From a virus (taxonomy: Duplodnaviria > Caudoviricetes): a stretch of DNA of 51,401 bases. Position 1 is the first letter of the stretch; each line of letters opens with the position of its first letter. A model generated the notes under the pieces. It saw only the letters and a program-made list of their open reading frames with translations, was not told the DNA's origin and did no database searches. The position numbers and the translations under genes are program-made. Positions 8,987 to 18,504 of the stretch are shown here, in pieces. Location of the stretch: the IMG/VR virus record IMGVR_UViG_3300023297_000013, positions 1 to 51,401 of that record; one strand, written 5' to 3'.

Positions 8987-10750
8987 TTACCAATCTGATT
9001 GTGCCGATTTCATACTTGATTCTATTGTTATTTCTCCATCTCCTATTCCATATCTTAAAACTCTTGTACTCGCAATACAAGCATAATTAAATGAATGCCT
9101 AAAATGGTCTGCACCAAGTCTTACATAAATATATCTTTTGCTTCCTTTTACTTCATCTTCTACTAATTTCTTTGCGACATTATGACAGTGCTTTATGAAC
9201 TCCTCTACCTCTGGAATACCAGAAGCAGGAAGAATAACTTCTGCTGTATCAATAACAATATGACTTTCATCCATAGATTCAGTTCTATTTTCTTGCACAA
9301 TATACTCTTCCTCGTTCCAAGAAAAATCTCCCTTCCTATCTACATAATAATTCATAAAAACTTTTTTAGGAAATCGTTTTGCAAAAGCTCTGGCATTACG
9401 GGTCTCTGGAAGAGCATCAACTACACAGCATGCTACGGCAAATGATCTCATAAGATTATCCAATTCTTCCCAGTCTTTCAATATTCCTAAATACAATACC
9501 GTTGGTTTTCCAAATCTTAAAGAAGTAATTACTACATGCAAATCCGATCCTTGATCAACTCCCATAACGCAAGGACCAGAATCATGAGCTTGTAATTGAA
9601 AATTACCACAGCATTTTCTTATCGTTTCTACTGTTAATCTTGCAGTCGCAGATACCCATGGATGCCCGATCTTACTATTCCAAAACTCCTGTGGATTCGG
9701 CTGTCCAGTAACTGGTTTTCTTGTTCGTAAAACATGGATTTCATATTGTTCTAATATATTCACAGGAGCAACATACATACTGTTTAATTGACTAATCCAC
9801 CATCCTGAAGATAATCCTTTTGTGGTTACTTTTTTCACCCACTCGCAATTATTATCATACCCTACTTTAGGAAGTTCAGCCCCACATTTCTTACATGCTC
9901 TTATTACTTTTCCAAGTTTCTTTGAATAATATAAAATTTTTTGTTCTTCCCCATCTGCCGCAACAAACTCTTCTTCGAGACAAGTCCATGTATTACATTT
10001 ATCACATCTAATAAAAAAATGTTTTTGATCACTGGATTGATAAACAAGATTGATTCCAAAGTCAGGTAATGTAGGTGTTGACAAATATCTTTGGTGTTTA
10101 TATTTGCTATGGCTCGCTCTCTCTAATGCCAATTCAGGAGAAGTAAATAATTTCATCTCTCTTCCAGTAACAGAAATATGCTCGTCGTATTCATCAAAAA
10201 CTATTAAATCTACCGGAATAGTTTTCAAGCCACCCCTTGTTTTCATTCCTCTAAAATAAAAATTTCCCCTTCCAATCGACTTGATGTTTGCCGCATCAGT
10301 ATCTCTAACCCATTCTTGTAAAAATGGATTCTCATTCATTAATCTTGCAAACTTACTTTTACTAAAATCTGTTACGTCTGTTTTGGTAGGAAATAAATAT
10401 AGTACTCCATTAGGATATAGGTACTTGCACTTATGAAGACTTTCCAATATGACTCTTGTACTGAATCCCATCTGGGCTGCCTTCTGATAAACTTCAATTA
10501 TATTATCAGAATTGTAAACATCTATTAAATATTCATGACCCTTAAAAGAAAACTGGCTTCCATCTAATACGACTGGTGTAGCCAAACACCAGTATGATAA
10601 ATTTCTCTTTAAAGCAATAGCTTCTTGTTTTTCTTTTGAAGGATAATTAGAAGGACGACCAAGCTTGACAGATTTACCAAAGATATCTTTAACTCTTTTC
10701 TCTGGTTTCATTTCTCTTTTCTTTCTTTTCTTTCTTCTTTTAATCGCCAT
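8987..10750 (-). CDS. terL: terminase large subunit (GpA-like)
   Basis: KAAQMGFS Walker A, LIVFDEYDE Walker B, STPT motif, CxxC pair, GVDQG nuclease motif, DHFRHS C-terminus. Confidence 0.9.
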   Translation of the reverse strand: MAIKRRKKRKKREMKPEKRVKDIFGKSVKLGRPSNYPSKEKQEAIALKRNLSYWCLATPVVLDGSQFSFKGHEYLIDVYNSDNIIEVYQKAAQMGFSTRVILESLHKCKYLYPNGVLYLFPTKTDVTDFSKSKFARLMNENPFLQEWVRDTDAANIKSIGRGNFYFRGMKTRGGLKTIPVDLIVFDEYDEHISVTGREMKLFTSPELALERASHSKYKHQRYLSTPTLPDFGINLVYQSSDQKHFFIRCDKCNTWTCLEEEFVAADGEEQKILYYSKKLGKVIRACKKCGAELPKVGYDNNCEWVKKVTTKGLSSGWWISQLNSMYVAPVNILEQYEIHVLRTRKPVTGQPNPQEFWNSKIGHPWVSATARLTVETIRKCCGNFQLQAHDSGPCVMGVDQGSDLHVVITSLRFGKPTVLYLGILKDWEELDNLMRSFAVACCVVDALPETRNARAFAKRFPKKVFMNYYVDRKGDFSWNEEEYIVQENRTESMDESHIVIDTAEVILPASGIPEVEEFIKHCHNVAKKLVEDEVKGSKRYIYVRLGADHFRHSFNYACIASTRVLRYGIGDGEITIESSMKSAQSDW

Positions 10751-11363
10751 TCTTTACCCTCTTAATTTTCTTGTCCTTCTTAATTTTCTTGTCCTTCTTA
10801 ATTTTCTTGTCCTTCTTATACTCTATTCTCTTCTTTGCCTTCTTTTTATTTAAAAAACGATTCTTAATCATCTTCTTTGTATTTGAAATAACTATTTCTT
10901 GATATGCTTCTCGTATATCATCTGTATTTTCATCTGGTGTTATATCTACATTGGTATTTGAAAATACACCAGCTACTTTTTTAGGAGCTTCGCTAAATAC
11001 TCCCAACCTCTGACCCATAGTAACAAATCCATCATCTAAAAGATTCATCTCCTGAATTACTTTTAATTTCATCTCTGGAGTTTTGGTTGTTTTTAATATA
11101 GCTTCAAGCTGATCATATCTTCTCTGCTTTTTAATCTGGTATTGCAACAAAGTAAATTCCTTATTGGTATCGAATCTGTCCCTTGCAATATACTTTAACC
11201 GAGTTTCATATACAGAAGAAGACATTTGTAATTCCTGTCTTATCTGAGAATCGTCCCAGCTCTTAGCCCATAGAGCTTTTATCTGCTCGCATTCTTTTTT
11301 TATTTTCTGGTACTTTGGTCGTGGCATATATATTCTCCTTCTCCATCTTCTTCGTCTTCCCAA
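10740..11363 (-). CDS. probable terminase small subunit (start may be the later MPRPK)
   Basis: Immediately upstream of and overlapping terL; HTH-like N-terminus, QRLGVFSEAPKK segment. Confidence 0.5.
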   Translation of the reverse strand: MGRRRRWRRRIYMPRPKYQKIKKECEQIKALWAKSWDDSQIRQELQMSSSVYETRLKYIARDRFDTNKEFTLLQYQIKKQRRYDQLEAILKTTKTPEMKLKVIQEMNLLDDGFVTMGQRLGVFSEAPKKVAGVFSNTNVDITPDENTDDIREAYQEIVISNTKKMIKNRFLNKKKAKKRIEYKKDKKIKKDKKIKKDKKIKRVKNGD

Positions 11364-11536
11364 ATATAAACTTTCTGTCCATTCTTGACATCATCGTATC
11401 CAGAAAGAAAGCCCTTTTTGATTTTTTTATTCTTCATTGGAATACCAGCCTTTTTTAATTTGTCAGCAACCATAGTAATCCCCGTAAATCCCTTATCATT
11501 TATACACTCACATAAATCTACCTTTACTTTTATCAT
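11300..11536 (-). CDS. hypothetical protein
   Basis: ORF in gene string. Confidence 0.55.
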   Translation of the reverse strand: MIKVKVDLCECINDKGFTGITMVADKLKKAGIPMKNKKIKKGFLSGYDDVKNGQKVYIWEDEEDGEGEYICHDQSTRK

Positions 11537-11547
11537 TCTTTACCCTC

Positions 11548-11943
11548 TTATCTTTTCTTTATAATTTTTGTTCCCGACATTAATTCTTTAACATCTTCTA
11601 TACCGTCACCAAATATTTGTTTTAATTCTTCTGCTTCTTGTTTTGATAGTGGATATTTTTCTTCTGCGGTATCTCCTAAAAATCCATGCCTTTCTAGATG
11701 ATTTAAAATAAAAGCTCTTTCATAAGTCAATTCCTTGGTTTGAAAAGTCTTTATCTTTCTAACAAATTCCAAGATTCTATCTAACTTATCTAAATCTCCT
11801 GCCTTTAAAAGTTCAACACTAATTTGCATCAACAAATTATTTAATGTTCCTAAATCAACAGGAACGACAGGAAGTACGGATTCTTTTTTTATTCTTCTTT
11901 TAATTTTTTTGATTCTTTTGATTCTTTTAATTTTTTTAATCAT
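11548..11943 (-). CDS. hypothetical protein
   Basis: 131-aa ORF overlapping the upstream gene. Confidence 0.65.
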   Translation of the reverse strand: MIKKIKRIKRIKKIKRRIKKESVLPVVPVDLGTLNNLLMQISVELLKAGDLDKLDRILEFVRKIKTFQTKELTYERAFILNHLERHGFLGDTAEEKYPLSKQEAEELKQIFGDGIEDVKELMSGTKIIKKR

Positions 11944-12166
11944 TAGATTGTGTCTTCCTTCTTATACTTGGCCTGTTCAATTTTATCTTCAATCTCTTCA
12001 TCTCCAATCTAAGAGCTTCTCTGGATATTCCTAATTTATCAGCAAAGATTTCTATACTATAAAACTTTTTATAACCACCGCTCAACATTGCCTTTACCTG
12101 CACAAACTCCGTATCAAAAACACTATTATAAAAATCAACAATTTCAAACCAATCTATTTTCCTCAT
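11936..12166 (-). CDS. small HTH-like protein
   Basis: FADKLGISREALR helix-turn-helix-like segment. Confidence 0.55.
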   Translation of the reverse strand: MRKIDWFEIVDFYNSVFDTEFVQVKAMLSGGYKKFYSIEIFADKLGISREALRLEMKRLKIKLNRPSIRRKTQSND

Positions 12167-12168
12167 AT

Positions 12169-12450
12169 CTACAGCCTTCTTTTTATTTTTCTATGCTTTC
12201 TTGTTCCCAACAACCCATCAATAAACAATACGGCATCTTTACCATATTTTAAAACAATATATTCCCGCATAGAACCATGCTCTTCTTCTATATACCCTTG
12301 TTTATGTAACCAACCATCAAATTTGATAATATCAAGATCGAATTTTTGAGTAACCATCGTTATCAATGGTTCCAAAAACAACTTGCTATCAACATCAAAA
12401 TAAGTTTTAAACCCATTATGGGCTTGTATTATTGAATCTTGCATACTCAT
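12169..12450 (-). CDS. hypothetical protein
   Basis: ORF with AAGGAG RBS. Confidence 0.7.
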   Translation of the reverse strand: MSMQDSIIQAHNGFKTYFDVDSKLFLEPLITMVTQKFDLDIIKFDGWLHKQGYIEEEHGSMREYIVLKYGKDAVLFIDGLLGTRKHRKIKRRL

Positions 12451-12587
12451 ATTAAAAGGCTCCTTTCTAATTCAAACCAATCTATTTTCCTCATTCTATT
12501 TTTCCTCTATTCATAATACTCATAATACTCATAATACTCATAAACACTAACAACACTAATAATACTAACTATCTACGGTTAGGACTA

Positions 12588-13103
12588 TTAGCAACTACAA
12601 AGCCCTAAGCCATGAGCATAAAACTTCTCCAGAGGAGCAAAACCAAAACCATAACCATCATAAATAAAAATAGGTCTTTCTATTACACCATACCCTATTC
12701 TATATTTAACATCATGCATTTTCTTTTTTCCAAACAATACCTTTTTCCACCACCAACTCAACTCCGGATTCTTTTCTGCCCTCTTAATGAAAGGGCACTT
12801 GCATTGTATAAGTCTATTGATTGCTTCTTGGTTTTTTATCTCTCGTGTCTTTCTATTCTTTACGATTCTAAGAGCATAACATCTTGCAAATTGTCTTCCC
12901 GTTTCATCTGAAGCCCGTTCATTTTTAAAGTCCTCTTCGGACAATACGGCAATTCCTCTTCCAACCACCCCTGAATCTGTCAAGACACAACAAACAGTTA
13001 CAATCGTATTTCCTTCCTTATCATAATAATAATCAAATCCTTCTTTTACAATTACGGTTTTCTTTTTTGCTTTCTTTTTAATTGCTTTCCCAATAGTCAT
13101 CAT
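12588..13103 (-). CDS. hypothetical protein
   Basis: 171-aa ORF with AAGGAG RBS. Confidence 0.7.
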   Translation of the reverse strand: MMTIGKAIKKKAKKKTVIVKEGFDYYYDKEGNTIVTVCCVLTDSGVVGRGIAVLSEEDFKNERASDETGRQFARCYALRIVKNRKTREIKNQEAINRLIQCKCPFIKRAEKNPELSWWWKKVLFGKKKMHDVKYRIGYGVIERPIFIYDGYGFGFAPLEKFYAHGLGLCSC

Positions 13104-13123
13104 TCTTTCTCCTTTCTAATATT

Positions 13124-13603
13124 CTAATATTTTATATCATCAAAAATTATAGGGACTTTTGTTTTAAGAGCAGTTGGTAATACTCCACGAGCAATTTGTG
13201 GCGATAGTCCATTTCTTATCTCTTGATTATATACAGCTTGTACTGCCTCAAAAAGTATTTCCCTTCTTAATCTTTGCACATTTGTTAAGCACCCAGGAAA
13301 TATAATTTGAATTCCGCCTTTAGAATAATTGCAATACCTTGTACTTTCCTGACTATAAGCCGCAAGCCTATGTCTTACAATTTCATGACTTACTCCTCTA
13401 TCACAAATAAATCTTACCGTAATACTGGCATGTTCAATCACAGAATGATGTCCTCGTTTTGTAATCATCTTTACAAATTTTTCCGCACTTCCTTCTGTAA
13501 TTTTTTCTTCGCTCTTATAACAAGTTCTCCCTGCCTTCTCGATAAGTTCTAACAAATCTGGCTGAATAAATAAAATTTCATGGCTTGGTTTTACCTCTTC
13601 CAT
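13124..13603 (-). CDS. thyX: FAD-dependent thymidylate synthase ThyX with apparent internal deletion near the C-terminus (possibly inactive)
   Basis: AGRTCYKS, GHHSVIEH, SHEIVRHRLAAYSQESTRY signature; ARGVLPTALKT joined directly to KVPIIFDDI. Confidence 0.85.
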   Translation of the reverse strand: MEEVKPSHEILFIQPDLLELIEKAGRTCYKSEEKITEGSAEKFVKMITKRGHHSVIEHASITVRFICDRGVSHEIVRHRLAAYSQESTRYCNYSKGGIQIIFPGCLTNVQRLRREILFEAVQAVYNQEIRNGLSPQIARGVLPTALKTKVPIIFDDIKY

Positions 13604-14019
13604 TTTCTTTCCTCCTCCTTTCTCTCTCCTTTCTTATTAATGAATTTTGGTAGTTCCACTATCAAAGATTCTTCTGCCATATCTTTTCCTGCCTTATCTG
13701 AACTACCAATTCTAAAGGGTCTATCGTCATAAGATTTATTTTGAATATACGTAAGCAACATCATACAGTTTGCAATAACATGACAAAGTGGATGTTCGCC
13801 TGATTCCTCATCTCTATCTTCTTTAAGATAAAACCACCTAACTAAATGCCGTAAGGTTGCCGCAAAAAGCTTGGCGAATCTAATTCCAGGTAGCCAAGTC
13901 CTTGTTCCATGGTACTTTACCCTTCCCTTTTCAAATACTCTTATTACCCCATCCATTACTTCTAACGGAACTAAAGACCAATCCAATTTTCCTTTGTATT
14001 CTTTATTTCCTTCTCTCAT
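13591..14019 (-). CDS. dATP/dGTP diphosphohydrolase-like protein (DUF5664)
   Basis: KLDWSLVP, GRVKY, W, RHL, DEESGEHPLCHVIAN motifs. Confidence 0.8.
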   Translation of the reverse strand: MREGNKEYKGKLDWSLVPLEVMDGVIRVFEKGRVKYHGTRTWLPGIRFAKLFAATLRHLVRWFYLKEDRDEESGEHPLCHVIANCMMLLTYIQNKSYDDRPFRIGSSDKAGKDMAEESLIVELPKFINKKGERKEEERKWKR

Positions 14020-14057
14020 ATACTTCTACCTCCTGCTTCTATTTTTATTCATCCTTA

Positions 14058-14074
14058 TTTGAAGTTAACTCTAC
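14058..14074 (+). promoter_or_regulatory. 17-bp dispersed motif TTTGAAGTTAACTCTAC (putative operator)
   Basis: Identical copies at 23417-23433 (reverse) and 41693-41709; near copies at 50002-50018 and 51088-51104. Confidence 0.6.
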
Positions 14075-14358
14075 GAAGATTCTACACCAATTCTATACCG
14101 CATTGTCTGTATTGCTCCGAGAGACCTTCCGATAAGCCTGGATATTACTCGATCTGGCAACCTATCGGCATTATCAACTACAAAATCAATATCTTCAACC
14201 GTCCATCTTTGATTTTTATTCGGGACGTCTTGAAACTTTCGATAGTACCTGTTCTTTGTAGCCAACCACTTCTCGGGGTTCTTCTTTCGCCATCTTTTAT
14301 TTCTTTCGTATCCAGAAGTCATTATCGCCTCTTTATTTTTATCTTTTCTTATAACCAT
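14071..14358 (-). CDS. Myb/HTH-like DNA-binding protein
   Basis: RWTVEDIDF...ISRLIGRSLGAIQTMR pattern. Confidence 0.55.
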   Translation of the reverse strand: MVIRKDKNKEAIMTSGYERNKRWRKKNPEKWLATKNRYYRKFQDVPNKNQRWTVEDIDFVVDNADRLPDRVISRLIGRSLGAIQTMRYRIGVESS

Positions 14359-14428
14359 GAACGGGACAATACCAAGTAGGCAAACAAGATTAATATCATT
14401 AAAATGCGCATCAATATATTCTATGCAA

Positions 14429-14710
14429 TTACATCTTACCTTCCACCTTTTTGAATCTTATACCCTGCTCGGTTATTATTATTTCAACATCTACTCCTTT
14501 TTGCACCTCGATTTTGATATACTCAATTAATACCCGAACCGAAATACTTTTAAACGCATGATTCGTTCTATCTAAAAAAACAGGCACAACTAATTCATCT
14601 TCTTCTGGCAATCCCTCGTAAATGGGCAAATCAGTTATTTTTTTATAATTAGTCATTTTGCCTCCTTTTATACCCATGAACAGGGCATACCCAGCAGTCT
14701 GTATTAGCAC
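14429..14710 (-). CDS. hypothetical protein (true start probably MTNYKK)
   Basis: GGAGG RBS lies before the internal Met. Confidence 0.5.
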   Translation of the reverse strand: MLIQTAGYALFMGIKGGKMTNYKKITDLPIYEGLPEEDELVVPVFLDRTNHAFKSISVRVLIEYIKIEVQKGVDVEIIITEQGIRFKKVEGKM

Positions 14711-14870
14711 AATTATTATAGATAGCTTTTATTTTTTCTTCGCAATTACATTTAATAATAGGTAACCGCCGAAAGCCCAATTTCCACTCTAATTCTCTAA
14801 TACGATTCTCGTAAATTCCCGATAATCTTCCCTTCGACTCAATTAATTCTTTTTGCGTATCACTATACAA
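14649..14870 (-). CDS. hypothetical protein with CNC...CPVHG end, paralog of 6380-6700
   Basis: Shared GKW, RIRxLE, KCNCE, WxCPVHGYK motifs. Confidence 0.6.
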   Translation of the reverse strand: MYSDTQKELIESKGRLSGIYENRIRELEWKLGFRRLPIIKCNCEEKIKAIYNNCANTDCWVCPVHGYKRRQND

Positions 14871-14908
14871 ACACCATTTACCATCAATATCTTCAACAAC
14901 ACTTCCGG

Positions 14909-15535
14909 CTACAAAAACATATCTTTTCGTCTATTTCTCCTCTTTATCTTCTTCTTATTTTTCTCCCCCTTCTTTACAGAATAATATTTTAAATTTATTA
15001 TTTCCAAAATCTTTTCTAATTCTTTTGTCAACCGAGTCTTCCCAGATTTCTTTTCCTTTAATGCCAATTCCAATCTCAAAACGGCTTTTGGCAATTTTCT
15101 TCTATTCGGATATATTTGAAAATAAAACTTTTTAATTTTATTATACTCTCTCTTTCCTATCTTCCTTGGTTTCGGCCTTTCACTTGGATGAATATACTCA
15201 GGCTTCATAGGCGGATTTACAAGATAATTGGCCAAGTTTCTTACTGCATCTTCTAATGATATTCCCTGCTTATGTAATCCGTATCTCTTAAAGGCATTAG
15301 CAACCTTGCCTTCCCAACTATTAGCTTGAAACTGCAAGACCCCTCTCAATAAGCCTTTGCCTTCTTCTCCCAACTTCTCTTTTCTACTTTTATGTTTATG
15401 ATCAAAAACAGCCTCGCTATAAGGAATCTTCCGTTTTAATATAGGACAGATTCTTCTTTGCTTAAAGTACTGTTTCTTTCGAAGAGCCTTAAATTCTTTT
15501 GGGGTTATTTCTTTTAATTTATTTAATTTATTCAT
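14909..15535 (-). CDS. recombination endonuclease VII-like Holliday junction resolvase
   Basis: CPIL...DHKH...RGVL...ANSWEGK...HP motifs. Confidence 0.8.
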   Translation of the reverse strand: MNKLNKLKEITPKEFKALRKKQYFKQRRICPILKRKIPYSEAVFDHKHKSRKEKLGEEGKGLLRGVLQFQANSWEGKVANAFKRYGLHKQGISLEDAVRNLANYLVNPPMKPEYIHPSERPKPRKIGKREYNKIKKFYFQIYPNRRKLPKAVLRLELALKEKKSGKTRLTKELEKILEIINLKYYSVKKGEKNKKKIKRRNRRKDMFL

Positions 15536-15735
15536 CTTAAATAATACGCTCCATTACAATCATGTCCGTGTACTTTCTTTAATGCTACATTTAGTTTCGT
15601 AATTAATTTTAAAGCAACCCCATAATCATATCTTTCATCTGAATATGCTGGAGGCTTTTCTTTTTCTCTCCCCCTTCCTTTATAAACTATATCTCTAATA
15701 GTCTGAAGTTCACCTTTTGCAATATCTATTTTCAT
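15532..15735 (-). CDS. hypothetical protein
   Basis: ORF with ATGA overlap. Confidence 0.6.
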   Translation of the reverse strand: MKIDIAKGELQTIRDIVYKGRGREKEKPPAYSDERYDYGVALKLITKLNVALKKVHGHDCNGAYYLR

Positions 15736-15737
15736 TT

Positions 15738-16355
15738 TTAATTTATCCTCTTTAATCTTCTCGTTACGATAGATTCAACTCCATTATGTTCTACTCCATA
15801 TACTTTATCACAATATTTTGTAATCTGTTTATCATGAGTTACAAGAATAACTTGTAAATTAAATTTCTTGCTAATGTACTTTAACATCTTTCCAGCTCTT
15901 GGAACAAGGTCTCCAAGAAAACGAAACGGTTCATCAAGAAAGAGTACATTCCTGGACTTTGGGTCTTCCATATACCATAGAACTATTCTAAACCCAAAAG
16001 CAATAACATCTAAAATTCCACCACCCAAATCATCATCATTTGGTTTAAGTTCTTCTCCGTTCTCTTTAACAATAGGCATCATTTCTATATTGTTTCTCTT
16101 ATTTAAAAAATGCAATTCGAATGAAAGCGGACGACTATATACAGATTGAATTGCATAGGTAATTAAACTTTCTATTCTTTTTTTAAATTGTCTTTGTATA
16201 ACATTACTAATTTCTAATAAGACTTCTCGAGCATCTACATGAGATTTTATCTTGGATTGTACTTCTTCTAACTCCTTTTTCTTTCCCTCTTTTAATTTTA
16301 ATGTCAAAGACTTTGAAACTAAAAGATTTTCATATCTTTCTCTAACCCTTCTCAT
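15738..16355 (-). CDS. Rad50/SbcC-like ATPase, C-terminal half
   Basis: LGGG signature, LFLDEP Walker B, LVTHD H-loop; no Walker A. Confidence 0.85.
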   Translation of the reverse strand: MRRVRERYENLLVSKSLTLKLKEGKKKELEEVQSKIKSHVDAREVLLEISNVIQRQFKKRIESLITYAIQSVYSRPLSFELHFLNKRNNIEMMPIVKENGEELKPNDDDLGGGILDVIAFGFRIVLWYMEDPKSRNVLFLDEPFRFLGDLVPRAGKMLKYISKKFNLQVILVTHDKQITKYCDKVYGVEHNGVESIVTRRLKRIN

Positions 16356-16597
16356 GATTCAGTTCCGTTAAACCTATATAAAGCTTTTTCGGCTTTCAGA
16401 TAAAGTCCACTTTCTTCTTCCTTTAATTTCTCAATTTGCATTCTTAATTCTTTTAGATGTCCGTTTACTTTTTTGGGAGAAGAAATACTATACTCTTTCT
16501 TTAATTTATAAATAAGCCTTTCCAAATCAGACTCTCTAACTGCAAGGTCATGGTCAATTTGAATTAAACTATCTTTTATTCTTTCAAGCGATTTCAC
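16352..16597 (-). CDS. small coiled-coil protein in the Mre11/Rad50 operon
   Basis: Heptad-like leucine pattern; overlaps both neighbours. Confidence 0.65.
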   Translation of the reverse strand: MKSLERIKDSLIQIDHDLAVRESDLERLIYKLKKEYSISSPKKVNGHLKELRMQIEKLKEEESGLYLKAEKALYRFNGTES

Positions 16598-17522
16598 GAT
16601 TTGTTATCTCCATTAATAAATTTTTAGTTTCTTTACTCGTCTTTCTTTTTTTCATAACTTTCCAAATTAATTGACGCACCGTCATTACTGGCTTGTTCTG
16701 CTTCTTCATCATAAGATTTGAAAAACGAACAAGAGATTCTTCAGATAAAGAAATATCTTCTCTTCTTTTAATTTTAATATGAGTACGAGAAAGAACTTCA
16801 CTCGAATTTTTATGGGGGATTTCAATTTTTTTTAAAGAATGATGATTAGAATCATAAATAAAAAAACAAGGATGGTGAGACATATTATACCGTGAACTGA
16901 CAAGTCTTAACATTGGTCCGGTATTGACTACGATCGTATCTCTTTTTTTCTGATTATTATAAATGGATTGTATATGAATGTCTCCAACCAAAACCAAATC
17001 CCAACCTTTATTTTTTCTTAAGAAATATCTAACTCCTGTAAAGGAATGACCTGTATACGCTGCCTTGTTAGAAATGGATGCATGGATAACAAGAATATTT
17101 ATTTTTCCTGGAGTGGGCGAAGGAATCTTAGAATCCCAACTGCAACCGTATAGGCAAATATTTCCTATGGATCCTATGGATACAGGAAACTTATTTAATA
17201 TTTTAATCAGGCCAAGTCGATTTAATACCCCCATTGTAGTTGGCGTATCTAACTGGTTAGCCCGCATTAATAAATCATGTTGCCCGAATATAGAATATAG
17301 ATTTATTCCATATTTTTTTAATAACTCGATCATCATATACAGAATATGCCAATCTCTCGAATTATCAAAAAAGTCCCCTGCTTGTAAAATTGGGCAGTTA
17401 TGTTTTTTGGCGTACTCTAAAACGAATAAGAACTTCTCTTTAAAGGTATCAATAATACGGTCTTCCCGCCCAACAGGATTACGGCTAATAGCATGAATAT
17501 CAGAAAGAAGTAATAGTTTCAT
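16584..17522 (-). CDS. Mre11/SbcD-like metallophosphoesterase nuclease
   Basis: SDIH, AGDFFD, GQHD, GDIH, NTGPMLR motifs. Confidence 0.9.
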   Translation of the reverse strand: MKLLLLSDIHAISRNPVGREDRIIDTFKEKFLFVLEYAKKHNCPILQAGDFFDNSRDWHILYMMIELLKKYGINLYSIFGQHDLLMRANQLDTPTTMGVLNRLGLIKILNKFPVSIGSIGNICLYGCSWDSKIPSPTPGKINILVIHASISNKAAYTGHSFTGVRYFLRKNKGWDLVLVGDIHIQSIYNNQKKRDTIVVNTGPMLRLVSSRYNMSHHPCFFIYDSNHHSLKKIEIPHKNSSEVLSRTHIKIKRREDISLSEESLVRFSNLMMKKQNKPVMTVRQLIWKVMKKRKTSKETKNLLMEITNREIA

Positions 17523-17535
17523 AATTCCTCAGCTT

Positions 17536-18504
17536 TTACCTTTCTTTAGAAATTTCTTTTTTAATTTTTCTAATACAATCAGAATTAATTTTACCAAAAC
17601 AAACAGGACATTTCTTTTTTCTTTTGATTACTAAAATATATTCTTCTACATGCTCTTTTCTGAAGGTATTTAATTTAGCTATATCCCTTTGGACTTTTTT
17701 AATGTCTAAGATAAGGTTTTCTTGATACTCAGCAAGCCTCAGGTCTTCCTGACAGGCCTCTAACTGTTTTAATAAGCCTTTGCCCTTAAAATACCTTTCC
17801 CTATCCTTCACAGCCCGATAAGAAATTTGAATTTGTTCTTGTAAGGCTTCTACTTCTTCATATTCTGCTTGTGCTTCTTTTCTATTAGAATGAACTAATT
17901 CTAATTTTGATATTGTCCTGCCAATACGTTTCATTCCCTTAAAAGATTTTATCTGATTATCAATTATTTCTATATCGGCCTTAAGAATACCTTCCCTTGT
18001 TTTCAAGTTCGATAATGTTTTCTTTATTGTTTGAATCCAAGAATTAATTTTATCTGTTTGTGTAATTTTACTAATTGCTCTTGCAATCTGTCCACCAGAA
18101 GAAGCGGCCAGGAAATGAGAATCTAATTGCTTTTGAAAATTAATTTCTCCTATGTTTAATTCGTTCTTTACAAGGTCAGGTACTTTCTGATTTAATTTTC
18201 CAAACCTTTTAATTCTCTTTCCTGGAACTTCTAATTTATAAACAGCATCTTTCGCTGTTTTAGTTAATGTTACTTTAGAATCTTTATCTGTAGTAATGCA
18301 ACCACTCGTCCTTTTATCTTTCTTAGCAAAATGAGAATGAAAACGAAAACCTCCAGGGCGATTAGAAACGATCCATTGTATCACCCTTAAAATAGGGGTC
18401 TTCCCATTTAAGCTCTCTCCAATAATCCCCGTAATTCCAGGAACGAAATTAATTTTTGTATCCCTATGAGATTGATAATTTTTAATTTCTAAGGACTTTA
18501 ACAT
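17536..18504 (-). CDS. Rad50/SbcC-like ATPase, N-terminal half ending at the zinc hook
   Basis: LEIKNYQSH, GESLNGKT Walker A, Q-loop QKQLD, coiled coil, terminal CPVC. Confidence 0.85.
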   Translation of the reverse strand: MLKSLEIKNYQSHRDTKINFVPGITGIIGESLNGKTPILRVIQWIVSNRPGGFRFHSHFAKKDKRTSGCITTDKDSKVTLTKTAKDAVYKLEVPGKRIKRFGKLNQKVPDLVKNELNIGEINFQKQLDSHFLAASSGGQIARAISKITQTDKINSWIQTIKKTLSNLKTREGILKADIEIIDNQIKSFKGMKRIGRTISKLELVHSNRKEAQAEYEEVEALQEQIQISYRAVKDRERYFKGKGLLKQLEACQEDLRLAEYQENLILDIKKVQRDIAKLNTFRKEHVEEYILVIKRKKKCPVCFGKINSDCIRKIKKEISKER

